Shown here in pieces: positions 6,421 through 10,075 of a stretch of DNA of 10,075 nucleotides. The position numbers were made by a program, and so were the translations under genes. The stretch is from a virus (taxonomy: Duplodnaviria > Heunggongvirae > Uroviricota > Caudoviricetes): the IMG/VR virus record IMGVR_UViG_3300014890_000017; one strand, 5' to 3'. Under the pieces are notes generated by a model. It was not told the origin of the DNA, made no database searches, and was given only the letters and a program-made list of their open reading frames with translations. Positions within the stretch are counted from its first letter, which is position 1, and each line of letters starts with the position of its first letter.

Positions 6421-6435
6421 TAGCGGAGATTAATC

Positions 6436-7251
6436 ATGAGCAGACATGCAACAGATTGGGCCTGGGAGACAGATCCAGGTAGCTCGTCATTAAAGCTCAT
6501 ACTGCTCTCGATGGCTGACAGAGCCGATGAATATAACCTCTGCTACCCCAGCATAGAACGCCTCGTTAAAGACACTTGCCTGAATAAAAAAACCGTGCAG
6601 GCCGGGCTTATATCGCTCATGAAAATGGGGCTTATTTCAGATACCGGAGAGAGAAAGGGAGCGACGAAAAGAGTGCGGGTTTTCTCTCTTAATATAACCA
6701 AAAACGGGAACATTAAAGGCAACCGGGAAGGGGGTAATGGACCCGAAAACGGTAATGTTACCGAAAACGGGAATATACCCAAAAACGGGATGTTGAATGA
6801 TCCCAAAAACGGGATGTTGAATGATCCCAAAAACGGGATCCAGAACCAGTCATATAACCAGTCATTTAACCAAGAGAGGGAGAGCAGGACAAAAAGCGGG
6901 GATTCTGTGCCTCATGACCCCGGCGCAAACAACGCCGTGATGAATAACTTTGTTCCTCCTGGTGGGCCAGGGCAATTAGGCAAATTTGTCATGCATGAAC
7001 AATGGCAGCCATCAGATGACTTTCTTCGGAAAAGCTCATTGCAGGGGATCTACCTGGACAGTCTGCCAACGGCACAGGAACTTGCAGAGTTCAGAATTTA
7101 CTGGATGGCTGAGGGTAAGGCATACCATCAGGCACAGTGGGAGCAGAAGCTGGCAAGGCGGCTGCAGATTAGCAGACAGAAGCAATCAACATTACCTGAT
7201 AACAACGTTCCGCACTGGAACAGCCCTGAAGCATGGGAGGATTTCTTGTGA
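6436..7251 (+). CDS. Replication initiator, lambda O-like (N-terminal HTH, internal ori iterons, DnaT-like C-terminus)
   Basis: 271 aa; GGAG SD 7 nt upstream of the ATG; N-terminal HTH-like region (SLKLILLSMADRADEYNLCYPSIERLVKDTCLNKKTVQAGL); low-complexity NG-rich linker encoded by a DNA direct-repeat array; immediately precedes and overlaps (GTGA) a lambda-P homologue. Confidence 0.75.
   Translation: MSRHATDWAWETDPGSSSLKLILLSMADRADEYNLCYPSIERLVKDTCLNKKTVQAGLISLMKMGLISDTGERKGATKRVRVFSLNITKNGNIKGNREGGNGPENGNVTENGNIPKNGMLNDPKNGMLNDPKNGIQNQSYNQSFNQERESRTKSGDSVPHDPGANNAVMNNFVPPGGPGQLGKFVMHEQWQPSDDFLRKSSLQGIYLDSLPTAQELAEFRIYWMAEGKAYHQAQWEQKLARRLQISRQKQSTLPDNNVPHWNSPEAWEDFL
6696..6850. repeat. Iteron array (putative origin of replication) inside the O-like gene
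   Basis: Six copies of the core AAAACGG(G/T)A at 6701, 6746, 6764, 6782, 6806 and 6830, including two perfect tandem 24-bp repeats CCCAAAAACGGGATGTTGAATGAT (6778-6801 and 6802-6825). Confidence 0.7.
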
Positions 7252-8033
7252 ACAACGTTTTTACCGCGATACAAAACCGTGACGGAGAAGCCCTTTCTCG
7301 CATGTCAGGTTATGAGCATCAGTACGTCAACAATGACAATGTGGTGAACATGTCAGCAGAGAGGCTTGTTGATGCCCTTTTTAAACAGCTGAAACAATTG
7401 TTTCCGGCGGCAGTGGTAACCAACCTGAAGACGCCAGAGCAGGAAGTTGCTGCAAAACAGCAGTGGATTGCTGCGTTTGCCGAAGGGGGGATCCGAACCC
7501 GTGAACAGGTTTCTGCTGGTATGCGCCACGCCCGCGCCAGTGAATCTCCGTTCTGGCCGTCGCCTGGGCAATTCATCAAGTGGTGTAAAGACAGCAAGAT
7601 GGTTCTTGGCGTCACCATTGACGATGTGATGGCGGAGTTTCACCGGTACAGCAAGGAAAAAAGTTTATATCCTGGTGGTCCCGAAAGATTCCCGTGGCGA
7701 CATCCGGTTATGTACTGGGTCGTATGTGATACCCGCCGTGCAATGTATCAGCGCCAGCTTAGCGAGATTGAGGTTGAGAAACACGCGCGCAGGCTGCTCG
7801 ATGATTGGGCGAAAAAGGTGGCTTCCGGACAGCAGATACCCGATCCGGTGATCAGCATACAGGCAAAGCCAGAGCCCATGAGTACGCCTCCGGACACAGG
7901 GAGAGATGTTTACCATCCACCAGGGCAAAGTTTCGGGTGCATGCCTAACGCCGCCACCCTGGGGGGAATAACACCGGCGCAGTGGCTGATGGAGGAATAC
8001 AGGCGAGGAAAGGCGGCAGGATTTATCAAGTAA
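7248..8033 (+). CDS. Replication protein P homologue (DnaB helicase loader)
   Basis: Segment WIAAFAEGGIRTREQVSAGMRHARASESPFWPSPGQFIKWCKD aligns from memory with lambda P (WVLAFRENGITTMEQVNAGMRVARRQNRPFLPSPGQFVAWCRE). GTG at 7248 with GGAGG 7 nt upstream preferred over the ORF-track ATG at 7233; GTGA overlap with the O-like stop. Confidence 0.85.
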   Translation: MNNVFTAIQNRDGEALSRMSGYEHQYVNNDNVVNMSAERLVDALFKQLKQLFPAAVVTNLKTPEQEVAAKQQWIAAFAEGGIRTREQVSAGMRHARASESPFWPSPGQFIKWCKDSKMVLGVTIDDVMAEFHRYSKEKSLYPGGPERFPWRHPVMYWVVCDTRRAMYQRQLSEIEVEKHARRLLDDWAKKVASGQQIPDPVISIQAKPEPMSTPPDTGRDVYHPPGQSFGCMPNAATLGGITPAQWLMEEYRRGKAAGFIK

Positions 8034-8038
8034 TACCA

Positions 8039-8058
8039 GCGCGATAGCGCATTTTTTT
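8039..8058 (+). terminator. Weak candidate terminator after the P-like gene
   Basis: Short stem GCGC-GATA-GCGC (8039-8050) followed by A + TTTTTTT (8052-8058); the stem is only 4 bp. Confidence 0.3.
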
Positions 8059-8070
8059 ACGTCTATATGA

Positions 8071-8085
8071 TTACCTGGAAGGTAA
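8071..8085. promoter_or_regulatory. Operator-like palindrome TTACC-TGGAA-GGTAA (distal promoter, upstream site)
   Basis: Perfect inverted repeat; centre is 62 bp from the 8133-8147 site, the same spacing as the leftward-promoter pair. Confidence 0.55.
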
Positions 8086-8104
8086 TAAAATATTCTAATC
8101 TCTA

Positions 8105-8133
8105 TTGATTTCATGTCTTATGTGGTTTTTAAT
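8105..8133 (+). promoter_or_regulatory. Candidate promoter for the distal rightward operon
   Basis: -35 TTGATT (8105-8110), 17-bp spacer, -10 TTTAAT (8128-8133); operators lie upstream of the -35 and across the -10/+1. Confidence 0.45.
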
Positions 8134-8147
8134 TACCTGAGGGGTAA
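8133..8147. promoter_or_regulatory. Operator-like palindrome TTACC-TGAGG-GGTAA overlapping the -10/+1 and the SD of the next gene
   Basis: Perfect inverted repeat ending 3 nt before the ATG at 8151; its central GAGGGG also serves as the ribosome-binding site. Confidence 0.55.
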
Positions 8148-8150
8148 ATC

Positions 8151-8498
8151 ATGAGAAAACAGATACAGGCTCTTGGTCGACTCAAAACAGGCCAGATGAA
8201 CAAAACAGAATCTGCGTATTGCCAGCACCTTGAGCTGCGTAAACGTGCAGGGGAAATCGCCTGGTATCGATTCGAGGGTATCAAGCTGCGGTTAGCTAAT
8301 AACACGTTCTATACGCCCGATTTCGCTGTGATGCTCGCCACCGGCGAGATGGAGCTGCACGAAGTGAAAGGGGGATTCTGGACCGATGACGCCAGAGTGA
8401 AAACCAAAGTCGCCGCAGATCAGTATCCGTTCCGAATCATCGGGGTAACGGTTAAACCAAAGAAAGCAGGTGGTGGCTGGAACATCGAAGAGTTCTGA
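8151..8498 (+). CDS. DUF1064 / VRR-NUC-like small PD-(D/E)XK-fold protein
   Basis: 115 aa; LELRKRAGEI ... YTPDFAV ... ELHEVKGG matches the conserved pattern of phage DUF1064/VRR-NUC nuclease-like proteins (D ... E-x-K). Confidence 0.65.
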   Translation: MRKQIQALGRLKTGQMNKTESAYCQHLELRKRAGEIAWYRFEGIKLRLANNTFYTPDFAVMLATGEMELHEVKGGFWTDDARVKTKVAADQYPFRIIGVTVKPKKAGGGWNIEEF

Positions 8499-8559
8499 AT
8501 CGACGATCTATTTAGTTATCAATGTAATCAATAAGTTATGTGGATAAGCGAGGGTAAAG

Positions 8560-9141
8560 ATGGAAAGTAATATCAAAGGGTTAGTTGCCGCCGGGCATGA
8601 GATGGCTTCGGAACTGAAAGCAGAATGTGGTGCCGTTGATATGCGTAGTGTGGCAAAGCTGATCAGCGATTTGGCAACGCAACTGGAAGTGCAACTGGTG
8701 CGTGCTAATGCGCTGGCAGCGGAGAATGCAAAGCTGAAGACAGCACATCCTCAACCATTCGGACCTGAAATGATGAAGGCTCTTGATGCGTATGAGAAGT
8801 ATCAGGATGAAGTGCCGGAGGCTGGAATGCTTGATGCATTTTTCATCTTGCGCGACAGCATCCGTGTTGAAACCCCAGCCACCGACGCTTTCCTGGCTGA
8901 AGTACGTGCGGAGGCTCGCAACGAGGGGATTAACTATACCGCAAGCCGTCTTGCTGCTGCTTTCAACCACGGATTTATCAATAAGTCTTTACGTGAAGTT
9001 TTCGACGTTACACGCATGATTCTGTCAGCGAAAGAAGAGTTGGCTAATGAACCGCACCCGATTGATGGCCTGTCCGGTGAATATGCGGAGAAATCCCTTG
9101 AAGAATGGGCGGAACAGATTCGCAAAGGAGCTGACAAGTGA
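8560..9141 (+). CDS. Hypothetical phage protein (193 aa)
   Basis: ATG at 8560 with GAGGGT SD 4-5 nt upstream; acidic, alpha-helical-looking composition; no family recognised. Confidence 0.55.
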   Translation: MESNIKGLVAAGHEMASELKAECGAVDMRSVAKLISDLATQLEVQLVRANALAAENAKLKTAHPQPFGPEMMKALDAYEKYQDEVPEAGMLDAFFILRDSIRVETPATDAFLAEVRAEARNEGINYTASRLAAAFNHGFINKSLREVFDVTRMILSAKEELANEPHPIDGLSGEYAEKSLEEWAEQIRKGADK

Positions 9142-9548
9142 AGAAGATGATTTTTGTCGCGGCATTGTTGGTGAATATCCAACAAGTGCATGCTTCAGCA
9201 GCTATTGTAGCCTCTACCGCCGCGACTACGGCTGCTGTAGCTGCTGCGAACTCTGCGAATATCGCAAACCAACAGGCACAGCGTGCTGCTAATGCATCAG
9301 CCAGCGTTCACTCAATCACCATTAAGAGCAGTAAGCAAAATCTGGGATTCATAACGTGCGGCACGCGTTCTAATGAAGCTGTAGGTTCACTTGGATGTAC
9401 GGTATATGGGGGTAGTGAGAATAGAGAAATTCCATGGAAAACGTGGCCCGGATACGTTCTTGGCTCGAAGCTCCCGGCCAGTTATGAAGTAAACGCCGTA
9501 TCGTTTGATCACTATAACGGCGTGGCAACGGTCTATTTTGCATATTGA
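9138..9548 (+). CDS. Predicted secreted/periplasmic small protein with N-terminal signal peptide
   Basis: GTG start at 9138 (AAGGAG 8 nt upstream; GTGA overlap with the upstream stop). N-terminus MKKMIFVAALLVNIQQVHA-SAA is a typical Sec signal with an AxA cleavage site; Ala/Thr-rich low-complexity segment then a two-Cys domain. Confidence 0.6.
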   Translation: MKKMIFVAALLVNIQQVHASAAIVASTAATTAAVAAANSANIANQQAQRAANASASVHSITIKSSKQNLGFITCGTRSNEAVGSLGCTVYGGSENREIPWKTWPGYVLGSKLPASYEVNAVSFDHYNGVATVYFAY

Positions 9549-9556
9549 GGCTCCGC

Positions 9557-10075
9557 ATGAAATTCTCCAAATTTTCTGAGTTGGTGAATCGTATTTTGTC
9601 CAACAACCACAGCCATCGTCGCGATATGGATGTAACGATCGTTGTTCATTCGCCTGGCAGCATTGGTTCAACACCCTCAGTTGAGGTTCAGTCAATTCAC
9701 GCTGGTTTTGATTGGGATTCCGGGAAAGTGCTGATTTTCCCAGCACAGCCACTGACCACGCTAACACCAGAACAGATTACTGATATTACTGATAGTGTGC
9801 GCAAAGGTCAGTCCTGGCACGCATATCAGGAATACAAGAAGCATAAAGAGCAGTTGGAAAAATTATCGATTGAACTTGATACCGCAAAACAGCGCATTGC
9901 AGAGCTGGAGAGCAATCGCGCGGCGCTGGCGGCGGAGCATGGTATTCAGATTGCAATAAATGAACTGCTTGCTCTGGCCCCGCGTCTGGATAAACGAGCG
10001 GTGGATGCACTCTCTGTGGCTGTGGAGCACCTGTGTAAACTGATTAAGAAGGAGGCAGTCAGTGAGCAAAATTAA
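9557..10075 (+). CDS. Hypothetical phage protein (172 aa) with C-terminal coiled-coil-like region
   Basis: ATG at 9557 with GAGG 6 nt upstream (ORF-track start at 9545 is TTG and overlaps the upstream stop); C-terminal half (EQLEKLSIELDTAKQRIAELESNRAALAAEHG) looks coiled-coil; stop TAA at 10073-10075. Confidence 0.55.
   Translation: MKFSKFSELVNRILSNNHSHRRDMDVTIVVHSPGSIGSTPSVEVQSIHAGFDWDSGKVLIFPAQPLTTLTPEQITDITDSVRKGQSWHAYQEYKKHKEQLEKLSIELDTAKQRIAELESNRAALAAEHGIQIAINELLALAPRLDKRAVDALSVAVEHLCKLIKKEAVSEQN

Noticed and set aside
6751-6762. GGTAA-TG-TTACC palindrome inside the iteron array
   Set aside because: Half-sites are in the opposite arrangement and spacing to the TTACC-N5-GGTAA operator; more likely part of the iteron repeat unit.
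6543-6830. Minus-strand ORF 6543..6830 opposite the iteron region
   Set aside because: Repetitive FNIPFLG peptide is an artefact of translating the iteron repeats on the opposite strand inside the O-like gene.
7319-8114. Minus-strand ORFs 7319..7618, 7353..7643 and 7665..8114 and plus-strand 7447..7629 inside or overlapping the P-like gene
   Set aside because: Antisense or alternate-frame to a gene with clear lambda P similarity; the 7665..8114 ORF would start inside the operator/promoter region and lacks an SD.
8581-9767. Minus-strand ORFs 8581..8970, 8934..9191, 9370..9606, 9387..9767 and plus-strand 8783..9019, 9047..9292
   Set aside because: Shadow frames overlapping the rightward distal genes; no independent start signals.
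1-10075. Scan for CRISPR arrays, tRNA/rRNA genes and IS elements
   Set aside because: No repeat-spacer periodicity, no tRNA-like structure recognised by eye and no transposase-like ORF or terminal inverted repeats; the only repeat families are the operator palindromes and the iterons.

Overview
The window reads as the early region of a lambdoid-type prophage from an enterobacterial host, assigned from protein motifs and gene order alone (no database search was possible). From left to right: a tyrosine integrase (+ strand, 1-1251); a convergent leftward operon on the - strand (4946 down to 1255) with tightly overlapping start/stop codons, encoding two small unknown proteins, a PD-(D/E)XK exonuclease, a RecT/Bet-family annealing protein, an AlpA/excisionase-like regulator, a 99-aa unknown, an MT-A70-type DNA methyltransferase and a 64-aa unknown; an immunity region with a tandem-HTH repressor (5100-5684, -) and a divergent Cro-like gene (5839-6069, +); a rightward replication module with a small zinc-ribbon protein, an O-like initiator carrying an internal iteron array, and a clear lambda-P homologue; then a distal group (8151-10075) of a DUF1064/VRR-NUC-like protein, two unknowns and a signal-peptide protein. 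The most notable feature is a 15-bp palindrome TTACC-N5-GGTAA present five times perfectly and once imperfectly, confined to three intergenic promoter regions, which I interpret as the repressor operator set. No tRNA, rRNA, CRISPR array or IS element was seen.
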